A DNA stretch of 36,034 bases from the NCBI GenBank assembly GCA_016927185.1, contig JAFGND010000060.1, positions 1 to 36,034 on the forward strand. Direction: 5' to 3'. Both the position numbers and the translations under genes were made by a program. The notes under the pieces were generated by a model. It saw only the letters and a list, made by a program, of their open reading frames with translations, ran no database searches and was not told the origin of the DNA. The number at the start of each line of letters is the position of its first letter. The first letter of the stretch is position 1. Origin of the DNA: Candidatus Coatesbacteria bacterium. Its GTDB lineage: Bacteria; JAFGND01. Shown piece after piece: positions 18,380-27,176 of the stretch.

Positions 18380-19570
18380 TCATAACTTTACTGCTCTGAA
18401 GGAGCTATTGCAAGTCTTGATAAAATACAAGCCTTTTTTCCATGAACTGGTGTTTAATTTTCTGTTTCCTTTTCCAAGTTCTGCAAATAGTTTCCCTGTA
18501 ATATCAAACACCTTCTTTTCCCCATCTGAATTAATATTCAGAACATCCGAGAATGGATTGGGGAATATCTTTAAACCAATTGGTTTGATGTCAGTTTTAT
18601 ATTGTGTTTCAAATGAAGTATTTCCAATATCCATATCAACATCATTTATTTCTCTTGAATGTCCCCAAAAGGTTCTTATTGATCTGTCATTATTGATGTT
18701 CCAGTATTTTATCGTGCCATCATAACTCGCCGAAGCAAAATAACTTCCATCTGATGATATAGATAGAGAGGAGACACTGCCTTCATGCCCAGTGAAAGTT
18801 CTTATGACAGTACCGTCTTCTATATTCCACATTTTCAGGGTGCAATCGCTGCTAGCTGAAATAACATAATCCCCTGCTGGAGAGATCTCAGCTTTGTTTA
18901 TTCTATCAGTATGCCCTGTAAATGTTCTTATACACTGTCCATCAGAAATTCTCCATAATTTCATAGTCTTATCCCAACTTGAAGTAATTATATGCTCCTG
19001 ATCAGGCATGAAACTTACTGAAGACACATTTGATTTATGACCAGAAATAACCTTTAGGCACATGAATTCAGGTACTTTCCAGATTTTTATAATGCTTTGA
19101 TCCAGATCACCAGATGAAGATAGCAATCTGGTCTCGTCCCTTGAAAGGCAAATGCTCATTATTCCCTTCTCGTGGGCTTTTATCATCTTCAACAAAGTCC
19201 TGTTTTCAATATCCCAGTAACCTATTCTCTTATCACCGCTTGCAGTATATGCATATTTAATGTTTTTTGTTACTGCAATGCAATTGATACAACTTAGATG
19301 ACCGAAGAAAGTATAAAGCAGTTCACCGGTTCGAATGTTCCATAATCTTAAAGCTTGCTCAGGTGCTGTAGTTCCAGTAAGAATATATTCATTGTTTGTA
19401 GTAAAAACTGTCTGGCTTACAAAGCTTGGATGATCAAGTATTCTCAAGCAGTTTCCATCAGATATTCTCCAATATCTGAGAGTCTTGTCAACACTCCCAG
19501 AAATAAAAAATTCATCAGCCCTGCAAAAGCTTGTTAAAATAGTAAGAAAAATAACTACCTTGAGTTTCAT
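18380..19570 (-). CDS. Secreted WD40 beta-propeller protein with T9SS-like C-terminal domain
   Basis: Signal peptide; seven WD units (GH...W[DNRK]); CTD IFPNPFS...VFDITGK...GLYFIK. Confidence 0.88.
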   Translation of the reverse strand: MKLKVVIFLTILTSFCRADEFFISGSVDKTLRYWRISDGNCLRILDHPSFVSQTVFTTNNEYILTGTTAPEQALRLWNIRTGELLYTFFGHLSCINCIAVTKNIKYAYTASGDKRIGYWDIENRTLLKMIKAHEKGIMSICLSRDETRLLSSSGDLDQSIIKIWKVPEFMCLKVISGHKSNVSSVSFMPDQEHIITSSWDKTMKLWRISDGQCIRTFTGHTDRINKAEISPAGDYVISASSDCTLKMWNIEDGTVIRTFTGHEGSVSSLSISSDGSYFASASYDGTIKYWNINNDRSIRTFWGHSREINDVDMDIGNTSFETQYKTDIKPIGLKIFPNPFSDVLNINSDGEKKVFDITGKLFAELGKGNRKLNTSSWKKGLYFIKTCNSSFRAVKL

Positions 19571-19579
19571 TCAATACTC

Positions 19580-19609
19580 ATAGTAAATTTGAATAGTAAT
19601 TTCTGTCAA
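19580..19609 (-). promoter_or_regulatory. Putative sigma70 promoter of the WD40 gene
   Basis: Minus strand TTGACA (19609-19604), 18-nt spacer, TACTAT (19585-19580); ATG 9 nt further on. Confidence 0.55.
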
Positions 19610-19627
19610 TATAAATATGGAAATTTC

Positions 19628-19655
19628 TTGACAGCAATTTACTACTTTCTATAAT
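19628..19655 (+). promoter_or_regulatory. Consensus sigma70 promoter
   Basis: TTGACA (19628-19633), 16-nt spacer, TATAAT (19650-19655); GAGG SD before GTG 19682. Confidence 0.8.
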
Positions 19656-19681
19656 CGCAAAAAGTTAGACCAGAGGAAAAT

Positions 19682-20503
19682 GTGTCATTCTTAAAGAAAC
19701 TCCAGATTATTGTACTTGATATTTCAAAATTGGCAAATAATACATTCAGATTTTCAGGTTTTCAGCCAATAAGAGGCAAGTTCATACAACCTTCAAAGAA
19801 TGATAAACCATGGGAATTCACAGAATTTCAGCACAATGCCCAGTATATTTTAAAACCTTTCTCTATAGTATATGTCGTAGGGTATTTCCCAAAATATAAA
19901 GAACCTTTCATTGAGAATTTCATGGTTGAATCATCAAGGAATTTCTACCATATAGGGAATTTGAAGAGAAACCAATGCAGTGATTTTCTGGAAATGATCT
20001 CAAGGAGAGATATCCAGAATATTTATGGAGAGAAAGTAATCCAGAACAAGTACTATCTTGAAGGTACTGTCAGAAGATCGTTAGGAATGCTTAGAGTGAA
20101 GCAAGTTAATTCATTTATTTATTGCAGAAATCAGAAAAAACAAAAAGATGAATACAGGCTTAGTTTTATGGATAATACTAATGAGGAATATAATAGCATA
20201 CAGATAATTGATTTGAACTTGAGAACTTATTGCAATTACCTGCATTACAAATGCAGGGAAAGCTATGAGAAAATATCTGGAAACCTGCTTGATTTTCTCC
20301 AGAAAAAGAAAATCTATCTGCAGCTTTGCCTGAGTAATCCAGTAGTGAATACTGAAAATGAACATGGGCGGATGTTTCTTCAGGTAAGTGGTATTTACAC
20401 TTTTCCTAACTATCTTAAGGGAAAGACATTCATTGATTTTTCAGGAATAAGAACATTCGTAAAGAACCATGATGATTTTAAACAAAACAATCATGATTTA
20501 TAA
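19682..20503 (+). CDS. Hypothetical protein resembling dual OB-fold domain proteins
   Basis: 273 aa; pattern LKPFSIV...RSLG...YRLSF.D...IIDL...YLQL...LQVSGIYTFPNYL.G..F.DF matches my recollection of that family; not database-verified. Confidence 0.55.
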   Translation: MSFLKKLQIIVLDISKLANNTFRFSGFQPIRGKFIQPSKNDKPWEFTEFQHNAQYILKPFSIVYVVGYFPKYKEPFIENFMVESSRNFYHIGNLKRNQCSDFLEMISRRDIQNIYGEKVIQNKYYLEGTVRRSLGMLRVKQVNSFIYCRNQKKQKDEYRLSFMDNTNEEYNSIQIIDLNLRTYCNYLHYKCRESYEKISGNLLDFLQKKKIYLQLCLSNPVVNTENEHGRMFLQVSGIYTFPNYLKGKTFIDFSGIRTFVKNHDDFKQNNHDL

Positions 20504-20654
20504 CTGAAAATTACATTTAGAACATTACTGATATCATAGTTAGTATTTTTCATGTTTTAATATCATATAGCTTTTTCAAGCCTTGACAAAAAAAGCCCTA
20601 CTTTCTGAGTTACTGCAAACAAACCGTTTTAAAAAAGATAAAAAAGGAGCGATT

Positions 20655-21536
20655 ATGCCAATAAATAAAGTCGGAATTGTAGGAGCTGGAACAATAGGGC
20701 ATCAGATTGCCTATTGTGTTGCAAAAAAGGGTCTGGAGATAATGTTTGTTGAGAAAAATGCTGAAAAGCAGCTTGAAGCAACAGAAGCAATTAATATCCT
20801 TATAGAAAATGACCTGGAAAAATATGGATTAACTAATTCAGAAAAAAAAGCAATAACAGGAAAGATAGCAGGAACTACTTATCTGGATGATTTGAGAAGT
20901 TTCAAACCTGAGCTTGTTATAGAATCTACGACTGAGGAAATTGAAAAAAAACAGAATATAATAAAGGAGATTGATCGCACTCTTCCAAAGGAAGTGATAA
21001 TTGCTTCCAACACTTCAAGTCTTAGACCTACAACCATATCAAAGAATGCAGAATATAAGGAAAGAATAATAGGAATTCATTTTATTTACCCTGTAATGAA
21101 TACAAAAGTAGCTGAAGTATCAAATGCTTTTCATACCGATAAAACAATAATGAACAGGATTGGTCAATTTATTGCAAAACTTGGAAAAGATACCATAGTT
21201 GCTCCAGATTATCCTGGATTTATACTTACAAGAGCCTTAATTCCTTTTCTTAATGAAGTCTTCTTTCTTGTTATGGAAAATCAGGCATCAAGAAGGACAA
21301 TAGACAAATGCATAAAACTTGGCTTGAATATCCCATACGGTCCTCTTACTTACGCAGACTATTTGGGACTGGATGAAATATTGCTTTGGACTGAGAATTT
21401 ATTCCACAAGTTGTGTGATACTCGTTTTCAACCATGTCCAATACTGAGGCAACTAGTACATAAAGGAGCATTGGGAAGGAAAACAAGACAAGGTTTCTTT
21501 AATTATAATGAAAAAGGCGAACAAGTAATCGGTTAA
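20655..21536 (+). CDS. 3-hydroxyacyl-CoA dehydrogenase family protein (Hbd-like); start ATG 20655
   Basis: AAGGAG SD at 20644-20649; GAGTIG Rossmann motif, ES..E....K, ASNTSSL, GIHF, GPL..AD..GLD, LGRKTRQGFF; the TTG at 20583 is part of a TTGACA element. Confidence 0.88.
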   Translation: MPINKVGIVGAGTIGHQIAYCVAKKGLEIMFVEKNAEKQLEATEAINILIENDLEKYGLTNSEKKAITGKIAGTTYLDDLRSFKPELVIESTTEEIEKKQNIIKEIDRTLPKEVIIASNTSSLRPTTISKNAEYKERIIGIHFIYPVMNTKVAEVSNAFHTDKTIMNRIGQFIAKLGKDTIVAPDYPGFILTRALIPFLNEVFFLVMENQASRRTIDKCIKLGLNIPYGPLTYADYLGLDEILLWTENLFHKLCDTRFQPCPILRQLVHKGALGRKTRQGFFNYNEKGEQVIG

Positions 21537-21554
21537 AGATTATCAGGAGGATAT

Positions 21555-22787
21555 ATGAGGGTATTGGTATTAAATTGCGGAAGTTCCTCTGTTAAATATC
21601 AATTCATTGATATGGATGGGGAAAAAGTTCTTGCAAAAGGACTAGTTGAGAAAATTGGTCTTCATAATTCAGAGATGTCTCATAAAAGACATGATAATGT
21701 TACTTACACAGTGGAAAAGGAAATACTTGATCATAATGTTGCAATAGAAATGGTAATAGATATACTTTTGAGCAGTGAATATGGTGTAATAAGGGAAAAA
21801 TCGGAAATAGATGCTGTAGGACACAGAGTTGTTCATGGAGGTGAAAAATTTTCAGGATCTGTAGCTATAACTGATGATGTTATGAAGACACTGGAGGATT
21901 GCAGTGGGTTAGCTCCTCTTCATAATCCACCAAATATAAAAGGCATTCTCGCTACAATGAAGCTTCTTCCTCAAGCACCTCAATGTTGCGTATTTGATAC
22001 AGCTTTTCATCAAACTATGCCTGATTATGCTTATACTTATGCACTGCCTCAAAATCTCTACAGGAAATATGGAGTTCGTAGATATGGATTTCATGGAACA
22101 AGTCATAGATATGTCTCAGACAGAGTAGCTGCATGTATGGGAAGACCTTATATTGAACTGAAGATAATAACCTGCCACCTTGGAAATGGTTCATCGATAG
22201 CTGCAATAAATTGCGGAAAAAGTGTGGATACCTCAATGGGCTTCACTCCAGTAGAAGGGCTTGTTATGGGAACAAGATGTGGAGATATTGATCCTGCAAT
22301 ATTACTTCATGTGATGGAGAAAGAGGATTTAACAATACAGCAAGCTAACAACATGATTAACAAGCATAGCGGACTTTATGCTCTTTCAGAAGGTGCATCA
22401 TCTGACATGAGAGTCATTTATAATGATGGTGAATGGACAAGGGATCATGTGCATAAGCTTGCTATGGAAGTGACTGCCTACAGAATAAGAAAGTATATAG
22501 GAGCTTATGCTGCAGCAATGGGAGGCCTTGATGCTGTAGTGTATACAGCCGGGATTGGGGAAAATGCTTTCTATCTAAGGGCGTTGGCATGCTCTGGTTT
22601 GGAGTTCCTGGGAATAAAGATTGATCCAGAGAAGAATTTCAAGGCATCAGCAATGGGAGAATGGAGAGGATTAGAAAAAGCAGTAACTACTGATGATTCA
22701 CGTGTTCAAGTCTGGGTAATTCCTACAAATGAAGAAATAGTGATAGCCAGAGATACTTCGATAATAGTTTCAAAAAACAAGAAATGA
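21555..22787 (+). CDS. ackA: Acetate kinase
   Basis: VLNCGSSSVK, GHRVVHGG, LAPLHNP, FDTAFH, YGFHGTSH, HLGNGSS, TAGIGEN, PTNEE; AGGAGG SD. Confidence 0.97.
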   Translation: MRVLVLNCGSSSVKYQFIDMDGEKVLAKGLVEKIGLHNSEMSHKRHDNVTYTVEKEILDHNVAIEMVIDILLSSEYGVIREKSEIDAVGHRVVHGGEKFSGSVAITDDVMKTLEDCSGLAPLHNPPNIKGILATMKLLPQAPQCCVFDTAFHQTMPDYAYTYALPQNLYRKYGVRRYGFHGTSHRYVSDRVAACMGRPYIELKIITCHLGNGSSIAAINCGKSVDTSMGFTPVEGLVMGTRCGDIDPAILLHVMEKEDLTIQQANNMINKHSGLYALSEGASSDMRVIYNDGEWTRDHVHKLAMEVTAYRIRKYIGAYAAAMGGLDAVVYTAGIGENAFYLRALACSGLEFLGIKIDPEKNFKASAMGEWRGLEKAVTTDDSRVQVWVIPTNEEIVIARDTSIIVSKNKK

Positions 22788-22791
22788 AATT

Positions 22792-22864
22792 GCTGGTGTA
22801 GCTCAGCTGGCAGAGCAGCGCACTCGTAATGCGCAGGTCATCGGTTCAATTCCGATCACCAGCT
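22792..22864 (+). tRNA. tRNA-Thr (anticodon CGT), CCA not encoded
   Basis: Acceptor GCTGGTG/CACCAGC; D arm GCTC..GAGC; anticodon arm GCGCA-CTCGTAA-TGCGC; T arm ATCGG-TTCAATT-CCGAT. Confidence 0.97.
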
Positions 22865-22872
22865 TTTATGAT

Positions 22873-25149
22873 ATGAAAAGCAGATATCTTATTTTTTTAT
22901 TATTGCTGGCTGTAAGCTGCAATTTTTTAAAAGGAAAGGAGAAATTCAATCCTCCTCCTCCTCAATCAGAGAAAAAAATGGAGAAGTGGGAGTTTTATCC
23001 TCAAACAAAAGCAGATTCATTATTTGTTGAAGGTTATTATATTCTGTCAGAAAAAACTTACGGAACTGAATCGCCTTCATTCAACTCATTTATTGCAAGA
23101 GCTGAAATAGCTTTATTCAATGGTGATGATAATTCAGCAATAATATATCTTAACAAAGCTCTTAATCAAAAACCAGATTCTTTCGTAAAGTATAGATATC
23201 TTTCTCTACTGCTTGCAAATGAAAAATATGATAGTGCATTAAATTATTTGAGAAATATTCCGGATTCTAAAAGGGACACAATAGAAACCTTTGTATATGG
23301 ATTACTCAATATAAGGCAAAATCCAGCTTTGGCAGCATCCATCTTTGAATATCTTGTTCCTCCAGAAAAACATCCTCTTCTATCATACTGGCTTGCAAAA
23401 TCATATTTGAGATCAGGAGCAATAAAAACTACTGAGAAACTGTATAAATCGGTTAATGATAAGAGAGTCAAGCAGGAAATGAAACGCATGTTATCAAAGC
23501 ATTATCTGGATAATGACAAACCTGACAACGCTAAAGAATTTTTGCCTGACCTGCTTTCCAAATCAGATCAGATAACACTTCAAAGATATTATAAAATAAT
23601 AGGCACTTCACAGGAAAAGAAGAAGATAAATGAGGTTCTTGTTTCAAATTGTAAGGATATCCAGTCTCTCCTATCTGTTATTGAGGAAGATAATTTGACA
23701 GAGAAACAGAAGATAAAAATCGGAAAGATAGCTTGTGAAAACAAAAAAACAGCTGATTATGGAAGAAAGATTATTCAGCAATTCAATAGTGAAACTGATA
23801 AAGACTACTATATTGGAAAAAGCTACTATATTGAAAACAATTTCTCAAAATCACTAGAATTCCTGAAGATCTTCTATGAGAAAAGCAATGATAAGAAATT
23901 GTTGGCAGAGGCACTTTATATGTTGTCTAAGGCAAGCTATAGGACGGGTAAGATAAAGGATTATGTAAGTTATTCCCTGAAGTTAGCTGATAATTATCCT
24001 GAGTCTTCATATGCCTCATCCTCTCTGTTCAGGCTGTGCAAGATGTCCTTGGAGGAGAATAATTTAAGAGACTTGAGGAAATACTCAGAACTTTTTCTCA
24101 GGAGATTTCCAGATTCAAAAGAAGCTCAACAGGTATGGTCATACTATGTTTCCCAGATCTTTTTGGAAAATGACTACCAAGGATTGAAGAAATTCCTGAA
24201 TTCAGATATTTCAATGAAAATCAACCAGTCAGGATCATTTTTCTGGCTTGGAAAGCTAGCCATGACTGAAAAGAGCGAATACAGGGAGTTTTTCAGAAAG
24301 GCAATAGATATAGCTCCATATAGTTATTATGGATACAGATCATATGAGATTTTGAATGGGAAAGAAATCAAAACAACACTCAGGGGGATAAAACTCGAAG
24401 AAAGGAATGAACTTCTAGGATATAAAAATCTGCATGAAGATAAGAGACTTGAATACAGGTTTCTTTATTGGGTTTACCTGGCATGTCCTCCTGATGAAGC
24501 ACAGGTTTTCTCCAATATCCTTCTTTACTGTGATAATGCAAACAAGAAGTCAGTCTATTTCTCTCAGGCAGAAGCCTATCATATAAGGAGAAAATATCGC
24601 CTGGCAAGCAGATCTGCCTATGAATTCAGGAATTTTTTGAAAAAGGAAGATAATATCTACAGAAGAATAATTTATCCTTGCCAATTTTCTATTGAAATAG
24701 ACAATCAATCTAAAGCTTCTTCCTTGAATCCTTTGCTTGTTTTCGCAATAATTAGACAGGAGAGTTTGTTTGATGCTAAGGCTAAATCATCAGCAGGAGC
24801 TCTGGGTTTGATGCAATTATTGCCATCTACTGCAGAATATATTGCAAAAAGAATAAATTTGCAAAAATTTTCATCCAATACAGATCTTTACAAACCTGAA
24901 ATCAATCTGAAACTAGGCTGCATTTATCTGAGTGGGAAACTGAAACAGCATAACGGGAGACTGGAGCAGTGTCTTGCTGGTTATAATGCAGGTTCAAGCA
25001 GGGTGAAAAGATGGGAAAAGGATATACAACCATATGATGAGGATGTTTTCTCTGAAAGAATTCCCTTTCCAGAAACATACAATTATGTAAGAGGAATCTA
25101 CAGAGGAATTATGGTTTATAATTATCTATGGGGGAGTGGGCAAAATTGA
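22873..25149 (+). CDS. Lipoprotein soluble lytic transglycosylase (TPR-like repeats plus SLT domain)
   Basis: Lipobox LAVSC; TPR-like helical repeats; IRQES, GLMQL, YNAG, IPFPETYNYV. Confidence 0.9.
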   Translation: MKSRYLIFLLLLAVSCNFLKGKEKFNPPPPQSEKKMEKWEFYPQTKADSLFVEGYYILSEKTYGTESPSFNSFIARAEIALFNGDDNSAIIYLNKALNQKPDSFVKYRYLSLLLANEKYDSALNYLRNIPDSKRDTIETFVYGLLNIRQNPALAASIFEYLVPPEKHPLLSYWLAKSYLRSGAIKTTEKLYKSVNDKRVKQEMKRMLSKHYLDNDKPDNAKEFLPDLLSKSDQITLQRYYKIIGTSQEKKKINEVLVSNCKDIQSLLSVIEEDNLTEKQKIKIGKIACENKKTADYGRKIIQQFNSETDKDYYIGKSYYIENNFSKSLEFLKIFYEKSNDKKLLAEALYMLSKASYRTGKIKDYVSYSLKLADNYPESSYASSSLFRLCKMSLEENNLRDLRKYSELFLRRFPDSKEAQQVWSYYVSQIFLENDYQGLKKFLNSDISMKINQSGSFFWLGKLAMTEKSEYREFFRKAIDIAPYSYYGYRSYEILNGKEIKTTLRGIKLEERNELLGYKNLHEDKRLEYRFLYWVYLACPPDEAQVFSNILLYCDNANKKSVYFSQAEAYHIRRKYRLASRSAYEFRNFLKKEDNIYRRIIYPCQFSIEIDNQSKASSLNPLLVFAIIRQESLFDAKAKSSAGALGLMQLLPSTAEYIAKRINLQKFSSNTDLYKPEINLKLGCIYLSGKLKQHNGRLEQCLAGYNAGSSRVKRWEKDIQPYDEDVFSERIPFPETYNYVRGIYRGIMVYNYLWGSGQN

Positions 25150-26372
25150 AAATCCTGTTTCTTAATCATAATGTGCAGGAATTTGGAACATATTTCAGGG
25201 CTATGGCTATCTCAGATTTTTTTAGCAGGAAAGGTCATTCAATAGATTTCGTGGCTGTATCTAATGACAAGAAACTGAAAACAGTTAAACAGGTAAACGG
25301 TAATACAACTTCTTATTTCACTCCTTCTCTTCCTTTGCTTATGGGAAAAGATGAAGGTTGGGGCTTACTTGAAATACTGGTGCGTTTATCAGTAGTTTTA
25401 TTCAAGAAATATGATATTATTTACTCATTCGATCATAAGCCTAATGTGATTATCCCAGCCCTGCTTCTAAAAAAACGCAACAAGGCGTTTCTAATTGCAG
25501 ACTGGTGCGATTGGTGGGGTAAGGATGGACTACTATCAAGAAATGCAGAGTTAAGGAAATCCATGATTTCTGGCAAACCATATAGACTGCTCAGACATTA
25601 TCTTCAATCAATCCTTGAAAATTTTGAAGAGAAATGGGAGGAGTCAATACCTTTGAAACACGCTGACATGGTTACAACAATATGCAGCGAGCTTATGGAA
25701 AGAGCTTTGAAAGCAGGGATAAGAGAGGAGAATTTATACCTTCTTCCATCTGGAGCAAACATAAAAAAGGTAAATTGTGAGGATAAATACATTTGCAGGA
25801 AAAAACTTGGTTTCAATGTAAACAAGACATTACTAGGTTTTTTGGGCAATTATCATCCAGATATACCTTTTCTCATTAATGCAGCTGATAATGTTTTGAA
25901 AAAAGACAAGGATATTCATCTTATATTGATTACTCCTCACTCCCAGTTCCTCTACAACCAGATAAGAAAGTCACAATACAAAAACAGAATAACTGTCACT
26001 GGCAAGATAAGATTCGATGATCTTTCACCATATCTTGGTATTTGTGACATTCTCTTGCTACCACAAGAGGACAATACTGGTAATAGGGGAAGATTACCCA
26101 ACAAGTTTTGTGATTATATTGCGGCAGGAAGACCTATTGTAGCAACTGATGTAGGAGATGTAGGTAAATATATAAATGAATATGGACTTGGCTATGCAAC
26201 CAAACCGAATGAAGAGGATTTCTCTTCAAAGATAAATGACCTTCTGCAGAACAGGGATGAATGGATAGTAATAGGGGAAAGAGCACGGATAATTGCTGAA
26301 ACTGTTTTGAACTGGGAGAAATTATCAGAGGATTTCTATAATCGTCTTCTGGATTTAAAAATCATTAAGTAG
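25146..26372 (+). CDS. Glycosyltransferase family 4 (start probably TTG 25146)
   Basis: TTG overlaps the slt TGA with GGGGAG SD upstream; KILFL start; PNKFCDYIAAGRPIVATDVG GT-B motif. Confidence 0.88.
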   Translation: MKILFLNHNVQEFGTYFRAMAISDFFSRKGHSIDFVAVSNDKKLKTVKQVNGNTTSYFTPSLPLLMGKDEGWGLLEILVRLSVVLFKKYDIIYSFDHKPNVIIPALLLKKRNKAFLIADWCDWWGKDGLLSRNAELRKSMISGKPYRLLRHYLQSILENFEEKWEESIPLKHADMVTTICSELMERALKAGIREENLYLLPSGANIKKVNCEDKYICRKKLGFNVNKTLLGFLGNYHPDIPFLINAADNVLKKDKDIHLILITPHSQFLYNQIRKSQYKNRITVTGKIRFDDLSPYLGICDILLLPQEDNTGNRGRLPNKFCDYIAAGRPIVATDVGDVGKYINEYGLGYATKPNEEDFSSKINDLLQNRDEWIVIGERARIIAETVLNWEKLSEDFYNRLLDLKIIK

Positions 26373-27176
26373 ATTTTCAAGAACTTTGTCTTTATCAATA
26401 ACAGATGTCTGCTTCTTGCTTCTATATGGAGGGATTACTTCCATGATTTTTTTTGTTTCCTCATTCTGGTTTTTATTAGCTTCTTCTGTTGGTAGCTTCC
26501 TGTTTGCACTTTCCAGATTTTCGTCTTGATTTTTTGCCACCTTGTCTTGGTTGTATGTTTCAGTGGCAGGTTTTATGATATATGTAATGCTTTTTTCCCT
26601 GGCTGGAATTTGTTTAAGCAATTCCGAAATCTCGTTAAGGCTTTTTTTCACTTCAATCAATATGTTCTGTTTATTAACTGTTTCCTGATTTGCCAGTTCC
26701 TTCATAATAAAGAGATTATTTATTTCCGTAATCAGGTTTTGATATTTCTTGTTGCTGTTAACTAGTATATCAAGTTTTTCCTTGAGTTCGTTATCTGCAA
26801 TATTACTTGATAAATCTTTTTGCAATATCTCCTTGTCCTTATCAACTATTTCTGCTGCTTCTGAGAATACTCTGGGGATATTTTTCAGCATTCCCTTATC
26901 ACTATTTCTTAGCTTGCTTTTCAGATTGATACTATTGTTCAAAGATTTCTCAACTATATTTAGTAATCTTGATATCTTTGGGAATATTATTTTTACTTCT
27001 GTCTCCGCTTTCCTTATCTCATCAAGTAATTCAGGAAGCAGTGAAGATATTTCATTAATCTGAGGTTTCAAGTTTTCTACTGCCCCTAGCAGGTTTTCTG
27101 TCTTCTCAGTAATTTCAGAAATCTTGTTCTGCCCTATTTTTTTCAATTTTTCTTCTTTCTCTTTCATACTGTCCAC
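26355..27176 (-). CDS. Coiled-coil hypothetical protein (weakly CheZ-like)
   Basis: 273 aa, heptad-rich E/K/L/I, polar linker, amphipathic C-terminal peptide; overlaps the GH57 stop by 13 nt. Confidence 0.6.
   Translation of the reverse strand: MDSMKEKEEKLKKIGQNKISEITEKTENLLGAVENLKPQINEISSLLPELLDEIRKAETEVKIIFPKISRLLNIVEKSLNNSINLKSKLRNSDKGMLKNIPRVFSEAAEIVDKDKEILQKDLSSNIADNELKEKLDILVNSNKKYQNLITEINNLFIMKELANQETVNKQNILIEVKKSLNEISELLKQIPAREKSITYIIKPATETYNQDKVAKNQDENLESANRKLPTEEANKNQNEETKKIMEVIPPYRSKKQTSVIDKDKVLENLLNDF

Noticed and set aside
18650..19500. WD40 repeats as a DGR target or nucleotide tandem array
   Set aside because: Repeats are diverged at DNA level; no reverse transcriptase or template repeat seen
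20583..20654. N-terminal extension of the hbd-like gene from TTG 20583
   Set aside because: The TTG belongs to a TTGACA element; the SD and family N-terminus support ATG 20655
22792..22864. tRNA as an integration site for a genomic island
   Set aside because: No integrase seen, no duplicated tRNA 3' end noticed, and the flanking genes are housekeeping
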